A stretch of DNA of 42,639 nt, from positions 1 through 42,639 of the forward strand of contig JAUCBJ010005499.1 of NCBI GenBank assembly GCA_032718475.1. Reading direction: 5' to 3'. How positions within the stretch are numbered: position 1 is the stretch's first letter; every line of letters starts with the position of its first letter. This document shows positions 1 to 12,194 of this stretch, in pieces. Position numbers and translations under genes: made by a program. Under the pieces are notes generated by a model. It was given only the letters and a program-made list of their open reading frames with translations. It was not told the origin of the DNA and searched no databases. This stretch comes from Nemertoderma westbladi (taxonomy: Eukaryota; Animalia; Xenacoelomorpha).

Positions 1-324
1 CTGTTGCAGCTCATCTGCTGGGTCATGCCCTGTACCCTTGCTGCCAGGTGCAGGTCGCAGTGAAGTGCCCTCAGAGTGGACATGAGAACACTCTACTCCT
101 GACCAGCCATTGGTAGATCACCATCTGCCTGGTCAGGCCATATACCCCTGCAGCCAAGTATATGGGTCCTTAATCCAGGACCAAGGGCGTCCTTATCCCA
201 GAACGAAGGGGGTCCTAGTTACAGGACCAGATTTGCCCTAGTAAGAGGGTCTATGCAGCTACAGGTGGCACCTCCTTTATGCTGCATGGAGGTGGCAAGT
301 TTTCTTGATCAATGACCTAGAATA

Positions 325-1565
325 CCTGACCTGACCTAGAACCATTTTAAGTGTTCGGGGGAGTCCTCCAGGCAGATAGGGGGGGGGGGGGGGGGGGGGG
401 GGGGGGGAACTGGACGCAATAAAAAATTCATCCCTCTCCAGGGGAAATTCGACGCAAATAACAGCTAATTATTCTCAAAAATAAAACTCTAACCTGTTCT
501 ATTGTGTTTAGTTTATTGTTTTGGTTAAAATAACGTGCCACTGTAACCTGCTACTTTCCCTAAATTGAGAATGTAACATTGAGGCGGGATATTAATTCAC
601 CAAGGCGGGTTTTGCGTCCAGTTTCCCCCCATGTCTCCCTCCAGGGAGACACACTTGCGCCATTATTGTTAATAATTGTGGTTGACTACGTACTAGGCAT
701 GTCCTTAGATCATCATAATGATGATGGTAACTCCACCTACTGGCTCCAGAAGTCGAGGAAATCCTGCCAAGTACCTAACTGATCTAGACTTTGCTGATGA
801 CTTAGGAGTACTCTCAGAATCACTAGAGGGAGCCCAACGGCTCCTCAGCTCATTAGAACAGGCTGCTTCTAGTTTTGGTCTCTTTATTAACTCCAAAAGA
901 CCAAAAGTTTGATATTTAACATGCTCATAGGATGGTATGCTTGAGCATGTGGACGACTTCTGTTACCTGGGATCATGGATCCGGAAGTCAGGTGAGGTGA
1001 GGGAAAGGCATGAGCAGCCTTGAATAGGCTTTCCAGGATTTGGAAGTCACATAGAATTAATCGGAAACTTAAGGTCCGATTATTTTGAGCACCAGTAGTT
1101 CCAGTACTCCTCTGGGAGTCCATGCTGGGCTCTAACTGCTGAGGACACCAAATCTCTGGATGGCACATTCACAATAATGCTACGTCGGGTTCACTGTGTC
1201 AAGTACAATGCACACATCTCCAACCAGACACTATATAACATTGGAGGTGTCCCATTGGTCCCCCCAAGCTTGACACTAAAACAAAGCCGCCTGGGCGCCT
1301 CCGCTTTGCAGGATATTGCTTTCGCCGTGAGGACCAACCAGTGCATAATCTTGTGCTTTGGCAGCCTCATGGAGTGAATAAACATGGTGGACAACCCATG
1401 ACTTTCTTGAGACGCATCTTAAAGGACACTGGCCTTAAAGATGCGGATGATCTAGCAAATGTCATGGGTGATAGGGAGTTGTGGCGGCGCAATTTTGTCG
1501 ACAAGCCGGCACAGCATTCTTAAAATTGCAGCTGCAATGCAGCATGCCGATCCTAGTAGTAGTAG
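325..1565 (+). mobile_element. Degenerate RTE-type non-LTR retrotransposon (RT C-terminal half to 3' tail), interrupted by a MITE
   Basis: Broken frames give GVLQ/GDTLAPLLLIIVVDYVL (split by the insert at 373-637), YLTDLDFADDL (catalytic FADD), LEHVDDFCYLGSWI, LVLWQP and DRELWR; stop at 1523; (TAG)4 tail at 1554-1565. Many stops and frameshifts; 5' boundary approximate. Confidence 0.85.
373..637. mobile_element. Non-autonomous TIR element (MITE) with 8-bp target site duplication
   Basis: TIR core (G)nAACTGGACGCAA ... TTGCGTCCAGTTTCCCCCC; flanked by CCTCCAGG at 365-372 and 638-645; removing the insert plus one copy restores GGA GTC CTC CAG GGA GAC (GVLQGD). Second copy at ~11670-11910. Confidence 0.85.
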
Positions 1566-2280
1566 AGATTAAGTTACATTCTGTAAGAGTGAGTAGCCTA
1601 GCCATTAGATTATGTAGAAATATAGTCGTCATTTCACTCCCGTGTTTTTTCACTTTCACTTGTAGTTTTCACACGTTTGGCCCTCTAGAGATAGACTGAA
1701 GTACTGTACATGGAACAAGGTACGCAGAAAAACAGTGTGGTCTACAGCAGTACATATTTTCAGTACCAATTTTCCATGTTTAATGGATTATAAACAAAAA
1801 AAAACGGAGAATTTCGCTCCCAGCAGTAATGTATAGATTTACAGTAAGCCGCTTTAAGCAATATTATTGTTTAGAGCTAGAAAGAATTGAATAAGGGGTA
1901 ACAAGGTACCCTGAATCGAGTGGTGGGGTGTGTTTTTGTAAAAACGTGAGGAAACGGTCGAAATGGCGGGTTTAAGTAATAGCGGGAAGACAATCTTGAA
2001 AATCGGCAATGATTGGCTGCTAGGCGTCGTTCATTCATTCATTCATTTTTTTTCATCTTTTTTAAGTAAAATAAATAAAATCGACATAAAATATCAGTAA
2101 AACAACATGAAATGGGAAGCTGACACAGAAGCTAAAATATTATTGTAAGCGGATCCATTCCGCTACACGCCATCTACCGGCAGAATGGGGAGGTGATTTA
2201 CGAATCAGTTCAGGTACGAATATTGCATACCAGAGAATGTAGGAAGCAATGTTAGCCAACCAATCTCAGGGGGGAGGGGT

Positions 2281-2802
2281 TAACACAGGGCAGGGGGGCA
2301 GTGTATCGATTGGTTGCTGGTCAACCTTACGTGTTAGGTAACACAGGGCAGGGGGGCAGTGTATCGATTGGTTGCTGGTCAACCTTACGTGTTAGGTAAC
2401 ACAGGGAAGGGGGGCAGTGTATCGATTGGTTGCTGGGCAACCTTACGTGTTAGGTAACACATGGCAGGGGGGCAGTGTATCGATTGGTTGCTGGGTAACC
2501 TTACGTGTTAGGTAACACAGGGCAGGGGGGCAGTGTATCGATTGGTTGCTGGTCAACCTTACGTGTTAGGTAACACAGGGCAGGGGGGCAGTGTATCGAT
2601 TGGTTGCTGGTCAACCTTACGTGTTAGGTAACACAGGGCAGGGGGGCAGTGTATCGATTGGTTGCTGGTCAACCTTACGTGTTAGGTAACACATGGCAGG
2701 GGGGCAGTGTATCGATTGGTTGCTGGGTAACCTTACGTGTTAGGTAACACAGGGCAGGGGGGCAGTGTATCGATTGGTTGCTGGTCAACCTTACGTGTTA
2801 GG
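2281..2802. repeat. Minisatellite, 58-bp unit x9
   Basis: TAACACAGGGCAGGGGGGCAGTGTATCGATTGGTTGCTGGTCAACCTTACGTGTTAGG repeated head to tail with few substitutions. Confidence 0.97.
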
Positions 2803-3550
2803 ACTGTGTATTACATTCCCCTTAATTTTCCCCATATATACTGTCATCATGGGACTATTATAGTTCAGTTGGCTATATATTGTTGGTATAGTAGTTACAT
2901 AGTTTTCCACCGTCGTCCGTTATATACTGATTATGCTGTATTCCATCTACCGGTAACTATTGAGAGCTAATAATATCAAGTCATAACAAAAAAACTCTAT
3001 TTTACACGGCCTTCGGCCTTTCAGTATCTTACAAACGCGGCGACGCGTAGGAACTATAACATCTATCAACCGGTCGGGATCCCTCGCTAACTCGGATACC
3101 GTCACAATTAATATGGCTAATTACACTGTCCGGTCCGTGTCCTGTTAGTTGTTCTGTTCTGAGCTCTCCAGGTAGAGTAATAAATCAGTTATGCACTGCT
3201 TACGAAGTATGTATTTCCCTTCTGCCGAGTTAAGTAGGCGTAAAATATATAGGTAGATAAAGTGGTCCCTTAAGGTTAGGCTGAATTTTGGAATATCTCG
3301 AAAACACGTTTTTAAGTTGTACTGGTGTGTTACTAACGATGTTAATTTCGGTAATCATAATTCCCAGGAATCCCTGTTACAATCAGAAAACCCTTTTTCC
3401 TCGGATACGCCTGCTAGATGTTGCCCTAACATCAAGCTGAAAAGGTAATAAACCTTCCGGTTGCCACAGTTAAACAAGATATATATGGACTTCGTTCTGC
3501 TCCTCTGCACAAGGTGTTCAAATTTGTTACAGTCTAATAACGCATGCAGA

Positions 3551-4093
3551 CTGTTATTACTTACGTAATTCCCCAATCTGTTATTACTTACGTAATTCCC
3601 CAATCTGTTATTACTTACGTAATTCCCCAATCTGTTATTACTTACGTAATTCCCCAATCTGTTATTACTTACGTAATTCCCCAATCTGTTATTACTTACG
3701 TAATTCCCCAATCTGTTATTACTTACGTAATTCCCCAATCTGTTATTACTTACGTAATTCCCCAATCTGTTATTACTTACGTAATTCCCCAATCTGTTAT
3801 TACTTACGTAATTCCCCAATCTGTTATTACTTACGTAATTCCCCAATCTGTTATTACTTACGTAATTCCCCAATCTGTTATTACTTACGTAATTCCCCAA
3901 TCTGTTATTACTTACGTAATTCCCCAATCTGTTATTACTTACGTAATTCCCCAATCTGTTATTACTTACGTAATTCCCCAATCTGTTATTACTTACGTAA
4001 TTCCCCAATCTGTTATTACTTACGTAATTCCCCAATCTGTTATTACTTACGTAATTCCCCAATCTGTTATTACTTACGTAATTCCCCAATCTG
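3551..4093. repeat. Minisatellite, 27-bp unit x20, apparently invariant
   Basis: CTGTTATTACTTACGTAATTCCCCAAT x20; produces the spurious ORFs 3355..4143 and 3544..4101. Confidence 0.98.
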
Positions 4094-5409
4094 AGAATTG
4101 ATCGCATTGCTTTCCTGCAAGTTTTTGCCAGACTTGTCAACAAGAGAGTGACCTATGATCGCAACGCCGTACAAAATTGATAGTAGGAAAATAGCGCGCC
4201 ATATTAGACCAGTCACATCAATAGGAATATTTTGCTATTGCCAAACCGCCGCTGTTTCATCTAACAGTTCATCCATATCTTCTGCGTAAAGTGGTCCCTA
4301 AAGTTGCGTACAGTGGTTACAGTACTACAGTGGCTGGAAGCGGAAATGACAAAGTCATTACAAAGTGATCCGATAATGTTTTATCTTGATTTCTATGGAC
4401 AGCGATTTTCGATCCAGTCAAATAAATGTAATAAAAAAAATAAAAATAAAATTTTGGTGTCGAATATGGTGCTGCACCAAAATTACAATTTTCAAATTTT
4501 TGGTGAAAATTACAAAAGCTACCATTACTCAAGAACGAAAAAACTTATCGAAAATCTGATTTCAGATTCGGAATCTCCATAAATTTTTACATCGGAGAAC
4601 ACATTAAAAAAAAGCTGATGAAAAAAGACAGGGTGACCCCCCCCCCCCCCCCCCCCCTTTAACTATTCCTCGAAAATGCGGATTATAAAGTCGGACAAAA
4701 AATGTTACTATCGCAAGAATATAAGTATTCTATCAGATAGCTGGCAAAATTAGATAGTAAATTGTAAATCGGCAAAAATCGAGTTTTGAGTAATTTAACG
4801 AAACGCGTTTTCTTCTACAAGTATGTTATACAGCTACCTCTGTACCAAAAATTGAACTGCAAGTCACCCAAATATACTAACTTAGAATTTCAAATGCTAG
4901 GTTCACAATTTTTGCGATTTGGGAGCTTAAAAAATGCTGAAATGATTTTATAGGGTGTTTTGCCTCGAAAATGTTGGCGACAAATGAAACTGAACGCTGA
5001 TATAGGGTGTTTTGTCTATCAAGTAGTTTAATATCTTCAAATAATAATACCGCAGGGTGGAAATTATACTTGGAATTTTGTAGTTAAGGGTTGGGTTTTG
5101 GTAAATAAAGCAAATTATAATTCAAAAACATGAGATAAACTGCTGATCATTTCTGTATAATTCGTTGCCTGGCAACGTGATCATGGTTACCATTCCATGA
5201 ATATAAAGTACTCAAACTAAACTCTGGGCAATCGATTATAGTTACATATTTGGCCGTAAACATTTTAGAGATATTCTAGCTATTTACTGTATAACTATGT
5301 GACCAGTTTTACAAAACCCAGTCCGCCAAACTCAGTCTACTTTGCCTTGTAATGCAGTCTCTCATTATTGACATGACATGTTCAGTTCACCATCACACTT
5401 TAACTACTG

Positions 5410-5870
5410 TAACTAATTCCAAAAACCAATTCTATTTCTTGGAATTATTCACCCAAGTCGTTAAATCAATTCGTTGACTCTGTCTATGGAAACTCCTTTG
5501 GGTTGAGCCAGTGGACGTGGGATGCCAATAGGGCATTGCGCTTCAATTAAGTTGACTTTTTGCCAACCGACTTATTTGTAGTCCTTCTTAAAGTGAATAT
5601 CGAAACTACCTTCTTCAAACCGCAAAACTACTATTTACTTTAAGTATGGGAATGTAGCATTATCTCTGAATTGCTTCAGCCTACCTTATGATGTTTGATC
5701 TTGCCAATCCTGGAAATCAGAGAAAATCATTGACTTTATCGCTCTCTTATGATTACTCGCTTTCCTAACATACTGTCTGAAATCTTTTTCTTAGAAACCA
5801 ACTCTTTGTTGACCAATTTGTGTAGATTGTCGGCGCTCATAAAACTATGATGAGGCTCAAAGTACCACGT
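5410..5870 (-). pseudogene. Decayed DNA transposase C-terminal fragment (Sola1-like)
   Basis: Manual minus-strand translation: WYFEPHHSFMSADNLHKLVNKEL ... VVLRFEEGSFDIHFKKDY ... PKGVSIDRVNELI*RLG*IIPRNRIGFWN*, resembling the YFExGHTFMSADSFH ... PxGI ... PxNRxxFW pattern of invertebrate transposase-derived proteins. Not in the ORF track; superfamily assignment tentative. Confidence 0.65.
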
Positions 5871-5891
5871 ACAATGTATCAAGTACAGTGG

Positions 5892-6244
5892 GTATATCAT
5901 CCCCACAGTCCCCCGTCACCTGAGCTAATATACCACCACCGATATCCCCCGTCGTCACCTGAGCTAATATACCACCACCGATATCCCCCGCCGTCACCTG
6001 AGCTAATATACCACCACCGATATCCCCCGTCGTCACCTGAGCTAATACACCACCACCGATATCCCCCGCCGTCACCTGAGCTAATATACCACCACCGATA
6101 TCCCCCGCCGTCACCTGAGCTAATATACCACCACCGATATCCCCCGTCGTCACCTGAGCTAATACACCACCACCGCTATCCTCCACCGTCACCTGAGCTA
6201 ATACACCACCAGCGATATCCTCCCCACAGTCCGCCGTCACCTGA
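5892..6244. repeat. Minisatellite, 39-bp unit x~8-9
   Basis: TCACCTGAGCTAATAYACCACCACCGATATCCCCCGYCG; bracketed at both ends by the variant GATATCMTCCCCACAGTCCSCCGTCACCTGA. Confidence 0.95.
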
Positions 6245-8991
6245 ACGGTTTACTGTGGAAAATCACCCATGGTTATGAACGGGCATTCCTTTATGAAATA
6301 GAGTGGAAGGGTTTACTGTGGAAGATCACCCGTGGTGGTGAACAGGCATTCCTTTATGAAACAGAGGAAGGGTTTACAGTGGAAGATCACCCATGGTGGT
6401 GAACAGGCATTCCTTTATGAAATAGAGTGGAAGGGTTTACTGTGGAAGATCACCCATGGTGGTGAACAGGCATTCCTTTATGAAATAGAGTGGAAGGGTT
6501 TACTGTGGAAGATCACCCATGGTGGTGAACAGGCATTCCTTTAGGAACCAGAGAGGAAGAGTTTACTGTGGAAGATCACCCATGATGGTGAACAGGAATT
6601 CCTTTAGGAAACAGAGTGGAAGGGGTTACTGTGGAAGATCACCCATGATGGTGGACCGGCATTCCTTTAGGAAACAGAGTGGAAGGATTTACTGTGGAAG
6701 ATCACCCATGGTGGTGGACCGGCATTCCTTTAGGAAACAGAGTGGAAGGGTTTACTGTGGAAGATCAACCATGGTGGTGAATATCCTTTAGGAAACAGAT
6801 TGGGGGAGGGTTTACTGTGGAAGATTACCCATGGTGGTGAACAGGCATTCCTTTAGGAAACATAATGGAAGGGTTTACTGTGGAAGATCATCCATGGTGG
6901 TGAACAGGCATTCCTTTAGGAAACATAATGGAAGGGTTTACTGTGGAAGATCATCCATGGTGGTGAACAGGCATTCCTTTAGGAAACAGAGTGGAAGGGT
7001 TTACTGTGGAAGATCACCCGTGGTGGCGAACAGACATTCCTTTAGGAAACAGAGTGGAAGAGGTTACTGTGGAAGATCACCCATGGTGGCGAACAGGCAT
7101 TCCTTTAGGAAACAGAGTGGAAGGGTTTACTGTGGAAGATCACCCATGGTGGTGGACCGGCATTCCTTTAGGAATCAGAGTGGAAGGGTTTACTGTGGAA
7201 GATCAACCATGGTGGTGGACCGGCATTCCTTTATGAAACAGAGTGGAAGGGTTTACTGTGGAAGATCAACCATGGTGGTGGACCGGCATTCCTTTAGGAA
7301 ACAGAGTGGAAGGGTTTACTGTGGAAGATCAACCATGGTGGTGGACCGGCATTCCTTTAGGAAACAGAGTGGAAGGGTTTACTGTGGAAGATCAACCATG
7401 GTGGTGGACCGGCATTCCTTTAGGAAACAGAGTGGAAGGGTTTACTGTGGAAGATCAACCATGCTGGTGGACCGGCATTCCTTTATGAAACAGAGTGGAA
7501 GGGTTTACTGTGGAAGATCAACCAGTGGACCGGCATTCCTTTAGGAAACAGAGTGGAAGGGTTTACTGTGGAAGATCAACCATGGTGGTGGACCGGCATT
7601 CCTTTAGGAAACAGAGTGGAAGGGTTTACTGTGGAAGATCAACCACGGTGGTGGACCGGCATTCCTTTATCAAACAGAGTGGAAGGGTTTACTGTGGAAG
7701 ATCAACCATGGTGGTGGACCGGCATTCCTTTAGGAAACAGAGTGGAAGGGTTTACTGTGGAAGATCAACCATGGTGGTGAACCGGCATTCCTTTAGGAAA
7801 CAGAGTGGAAGGGTTTACTGTGGAAGATCACCCATGGTGGTGAACCGGCATTCCTTTAGGAAACAGAGTGGAAGGGTTTACTGTGGAAGATCAACCATGG
7901 TGGTGGACCGGCATTCCTTTATGAAACAGAGTGGAAGGGTTTACTGTGGAAGATCACCCATGGTGGTGAACCGGCATTCCTTTAGGAAACAGAGTGGAAG
8001 GGTTTACTGTGGAAGATCAACCATGGTGGTGAACCGGCATTCCTTTATGAAACAGAGTGGAAGGGTTTACTGTGGAAGATCACCCATGGTGGTGAACCGG
8101 CATTCCTTTAGGAAACAGAGTGGAAGGGTTTACTGTGGAAGATCAACCATGGTGGTGAACCGGCATTCCTTTAGGAAACAGAGTGGAAGGGTTTACTGTG
8201 GAAGATCAACCATGGTGGTGAACCGGCATTCCTTTAGGAAACAGAGTGGAAGGGTTTACTGTGGAAGATCAACCATGGTGGTGAACCGGCATTCCTTTAG
8301 GAAACAGAGTGGAAGGGTTTACTGTGGAAGATCACCCATGGTGGTGAACCGGCATTCCTTTAGGAAACAGAGTGGAAGGGTTTACTGTGGAAGATCACCC
8401 ATGGTGGTGAACCGGCATTCCTTTAGGAAACAGAGTGGAAGGGTTTACTGTGGAAGATCAACCATGGTAGTGGACCGGCATTCCTTTATGAAACAGAGTG
8501 GAAGGGTTTACTGTGGAAGATCAACCATGGTGGTGGACCGGCATTCCTTTATGAAACAGAGTGGAAGGGTTTACTGTGGAAGATCACCCATGGTGGTGGA
8601 CCGGCATTCCTTTAGGAAACAGAGTGGAAGGGTTTACTGTGGAAGATCACCCATGGTGGTGGACCGGCATTCCTTTAGGAAACAGAGTGGAAGGGTTTAC
8701 TGTGGAAGATCACCCATGGTGGTGGACCGGCATTCCTTTAGGAAACAGAGTGGAAGGGTTTACTGTGGAAGATCAACCATGGTAGTGGACCGGCATTCCT
8801 TTATGAAACAGAGTGGAAGGGTTTACTGTGGAAGATCAACCATGGTGGTGGACCGGCATTCCTTTAGGAAACAGAGTGGAAGGGTTTACTGTGGAAGATC
8901 AACCATGGTGGTGGACCGGCATTCCTTTAGGAAACAGAGTGGAAGGGTTTACTGTGGAAGATCACCCATGGTGGTGGACCGGCATTCCTTT
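6245..8991. repeat. Satellite array, 63-bp unit x~43-44
   Basis: GTGGAAGGGTTTACTGTGGAAGATCAMCCATGGTGGTGRACMGGCATTCCTTTAKGAAACAGA; more diverged at the left end and more homogeneous to the right. Confidence 0.98.
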
Positions 8992-9438
8992 AAACTACAT
9001 TAACCCGCCGGATTAGAACTCCCTCCTGACATTATATGCCTACCATATTATGCTACTATTCTCCTCTGGCATTCTATCATATGGTACTTTGTCCGGTGAG
9101 GCAAAGTACAAAGTAGACCTGTGACAAAACTCTCCAAACTGTACTAACCTATATAATCTTGTTAACTTTAGTTTATTTATTTGCTTATCGGACCCGCTAT
9201 GCAATCTGCTCCTTTACTAACCTGCAAACATGATTGCTATTAGTGTTTGTGTTCGTGGCCCAGACAATTTAGAGTATTTTGGGGGTGGGGTGTTCCGCAA
9301 TATAGAGGGTGGGGCCGGTGAAGGTGGGTGGTGGGGTGAACGGGGCGGGGGGGGGGGGGGGGGGGGGAGTTCTACAATGGGTGACGGTGGACCTTCTAAC
9401 ATATAACACCGGTAGCTAAGGTAACTAAGAAGACAAAC

Positions 9439-9684
9439 CTTTGTTTTTGCTGATAAATCTTGCAATCGACGCATCACATCGAATAACCAATTAACGAAAT
9501 CGATTGCCGATGGACCCAAAAACAACCCCAAATCGTCCTTCATCTGTTCTTCTGTCTTCTTATTAGCTATCATAACCATAATGTAGTCCGGAAGCTCGTC
9601 ATCTACGTAGGAACCCAGGTCCATTAACTTCGCCTTGATGGCCTCCTTCACCTTCTGGCTAATCTGCGCTCCAGTCAACGACAT
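9439..9684 (-). CDS. ZC3H14: Zinc finger CCCH domain protein 14 / Nab2 poly(A) RNA-binding protein, first coding exon (N-terminal PWI-like domain, 82 codons)
   Basis: ISQKVKEAIKAKLMDLGSYVDDELPDYIMVMIANKKTEEQMKDDLGLFLG closely matches the animal ZC3H14 N-terminus; similarity ends at a phase-0 donor AAG|GTTTGT (9439/9438); acceptor TTTCACCTTTTCGCCAG just upstream (exon starts 9736). Downstream exons not identified in the window. Confidence 0.92.
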
Positions 9685-10460
9685 CCTTACTACCGGTACT
9701 GTTTAGGTTAAGTCCTTAGAGTCCACCCACACGAAACTGGCGAAAAGGTGAAATAACAAATATGTTATATTAATAGCTACCGGTACTGTAATAAGGATAG
9801 GCCTACAAATAAAGTTAAATATGTAGGCCTAAACACCATTGGAAGAATGCTTTACTACTTCGAGTTCCACATAGGCCTAACTAACTACAGAACTATATTA
9901 ATGAATAATGATTTGACCGTGGCAGAAGTCTGTTAACATCGGTAAAAGTTAGAAGGTAAAACCGACAACACTCAACCAGGTCAACACATCACATCACATC
10001 ACAATGATCACATACCGATAAGACGAAAGACGTAAGTAGGCCTATAATAAATCAGCAAGTTGTAGGCTTAAACGGTAGGCCGAAATAGTTTTTAAGTGTT
10101 TCATCAAGGGTATAGTTAAATAGCCAGAATGGTAATTCTGTAGGCCTAATTAAAATTATAAGTTTTTCACCGTAGGCATAGATAAATAGCCAGAATGCTG
10201 GAATGGTACCGTAATTAAAAAATATAGTGTTTCACCACGGGCCTACGCGCCCTACCGTAGCGAAAATCGATAAAACAATTGTCTCCACTGCAGCACTTGG
10301 CACATGGCACTAGGCCCTAGTACAGTAGTACATAGAACTGATTCAGGTCATTATTACACGCCTTGGTCATTACCCAGTTATGAACTATGTACGGTACCGG
10401 TAGGCCTATCTAATTCATCTCCATTGTAATCTCCTAAAAAAAAAACGAAAAATGACTTAC

Positions 10461-10670
10461 CGGTGGCCGTGGCGGTGACTGCTTGAGTGCTTGGCCCTGT
10501 CAGCGGGTCTGCCTGTGGCTGTAGTCCGTTTCTGGTTTTAGCCACTCAGGTTTGGTTTATTCTGTTAGTAGTGCTGTAGTGTCACTGTCTGTACACACAC
10601 AGTAGGAGATAATGTGTAGGACTACTACTGCGATTGACTGTAGTACTAGTGTACAAGCAGACAGGAGAAA
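10461..10670 (-). other. Candidate non-coding 5' UTR exon of ZC3H14
   Basis: Bounded on the minus strand by acceptor TTTTTCTTTCAG (~10671) and consensus donor CCG|GTAAGT (10461/10460); no convincing ORF. Confidence 0.45.
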
Positions 10671-11669
10671 CTGAAAGAAAAAGCGTTATTATTAATAGGT
10701 ATTTACACTTACACTCCAAGTATTTAAAAATATAATTAGGAGGAGAGACATATCAAAGGTTCATTAAAATTATTCACTTGAGGTTTCTTTAGTCTCTAAA
10801 ATAAGGGAAAGGTAGATTTTATGACAACACCTACAGTGTAGAATACTGATTTGGCGGTACATGATTTGAGTGTTGTCCCGACATTTGACTGTTGCCCCCA
10901 GACAGTTTAGTTTACATGCGATTTGCTGGAATGTGCGGAGCCGAAACTTTATTAATTAAGCATAATTACTTTTAGGACCGTGATCTAATCTAGTTTCTAG
11001 TTCTAGTTTGTCTAGTTTGTCTAATCTAGTTTCATCTAGTTTGTGGCCATTGTGTTCCAATGTATTCTATTGTAACTGTTTATTTGACTGAGGCTGATTG
11101 CGTTCACCGTTTTTAGGTGCTGTCACAAATTCCACCTATGTCCTGAAAGAAGTACAAGAATCAAACACTAAATACTGTACATTTTATAATTAATGATATA
11201 TTATTACACTGTACATTAAAATGGTCCCACAAATCTGACTGAATAAAATCGGTATCGCTGTTAAAAAAACAAAATACATTGAGAAGGCGACGGGATGGAA
11301 TGGAATTAACAAATTAAATAAAAATTAATTAAATATTTGAATAGCACTTGACTTTACAAATTACGATTGAAACGACAGAAATAAAACAAATTAAGATGTT
11401 TAAGGGTTACAAATGGAAATCAATTTACTTTCGGTAGGCCAATATTGATGAGCTCAGATGGGAGCCAGTTCCATATTGGAACATCTCTATGGGATAAATT
11501 GTACATTAATAGTCTCGATTGTTCATGGTACGATGGATGATTGGGAGGTAATTAGCCTTTGAAAAGTTCTCGCGAATAACTTTTGTTGCTGTATTTGGTA
11601 TTTGGAGAGCAACATAGGCCTGCTGTAAAAGTCGAACACTGAAATAATTATGATTGGCTCCAGGGGGCT

Positions 11670-11910
11670 AGGGCGAGAGAGGGGGGGGGGGGGGGGGGGA
11701 CTGGACGCAAATCCCATCTTGGCGAATTAATATTCCGCGCTAATGTCAAATTCTCAATTTAGGGAAAGGAGCAGGTTACAGTGGTACGTTATTTTAACCA
11801 AAACAATAAACTAAACACAATAGAACAGGTTACAGTTTTATTTTTGAGAGCGTTATTGGTTAGCTGTTATTTGCGTCGAATTTCCCCTAGAGAGGGATGA
11901 ATATTTATTG
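11670..11910 (-). mobile_element. Second, inverted and one-end-truncated copy of the 373-637 MITE
   Basis: Reverse complement of ~416-630 (poly-G ACTGGACGCAAA ... TTTGCGTCGAATTTCCCC ... GAGAGGGATGAAT) with scattered substitutions. Confidence 0.85.
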
Positions 11911-12194
11911 CTAGTTAACACTACAATATGTCCCCTATCCGTTATAATCAACAATCAAGTCAAATATAATATTTTGGGATTTGATTGGCACGAAAGCGGG
12001 TTGGCCTATCTTTGAGTTGGTGAAGAAAGTTATCACTTATTGATGAAATAATTTAAGTTTCATAATAATAAATTGACCCTCTAGGAAAGGGTTGGCCATA
12101 ATGTTAAAATCTCCAACAATGAGTAATTATTATTCTCTATTTTTGACTGAGCAGACAGTATTGAGTATTATTGGGAAGCTATTGGGAATATTGG

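Noticed and set aside
3355-3436. Candidate second ZC3H14 exon after a minus-strand acceptor CCTTTTCAG
   Set aside because: The phase-0 reading stops after 17 codons, there is no strong donor and no recognisable ZC3H14 similarity.
3257-4299. Direct repeat TAAAGTGGTCCCT at ~3258 and ~4287 as a TSD or LTR
   Set aside because: No TIRs or tail were found inside it, so I could not define an element; it may be two ends of a repeat family.
5847-9016. Repetitive ORFs (PPSPELIYHHRYP, GRVYCGRSTMVVDRHSFRKQS, EGFTVEDQPWWW)
   Set aside because: Products of 39- and 63-bp units divisible by 3; frames are broken by indels and stops and have no unique flanking domains.
9217-9438. Proline-rich C-terminal part of the 155-aa ORF
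   Set aside because: Read-through past the splice donor into intron; the poly-Pro comes from a G homopolymer.
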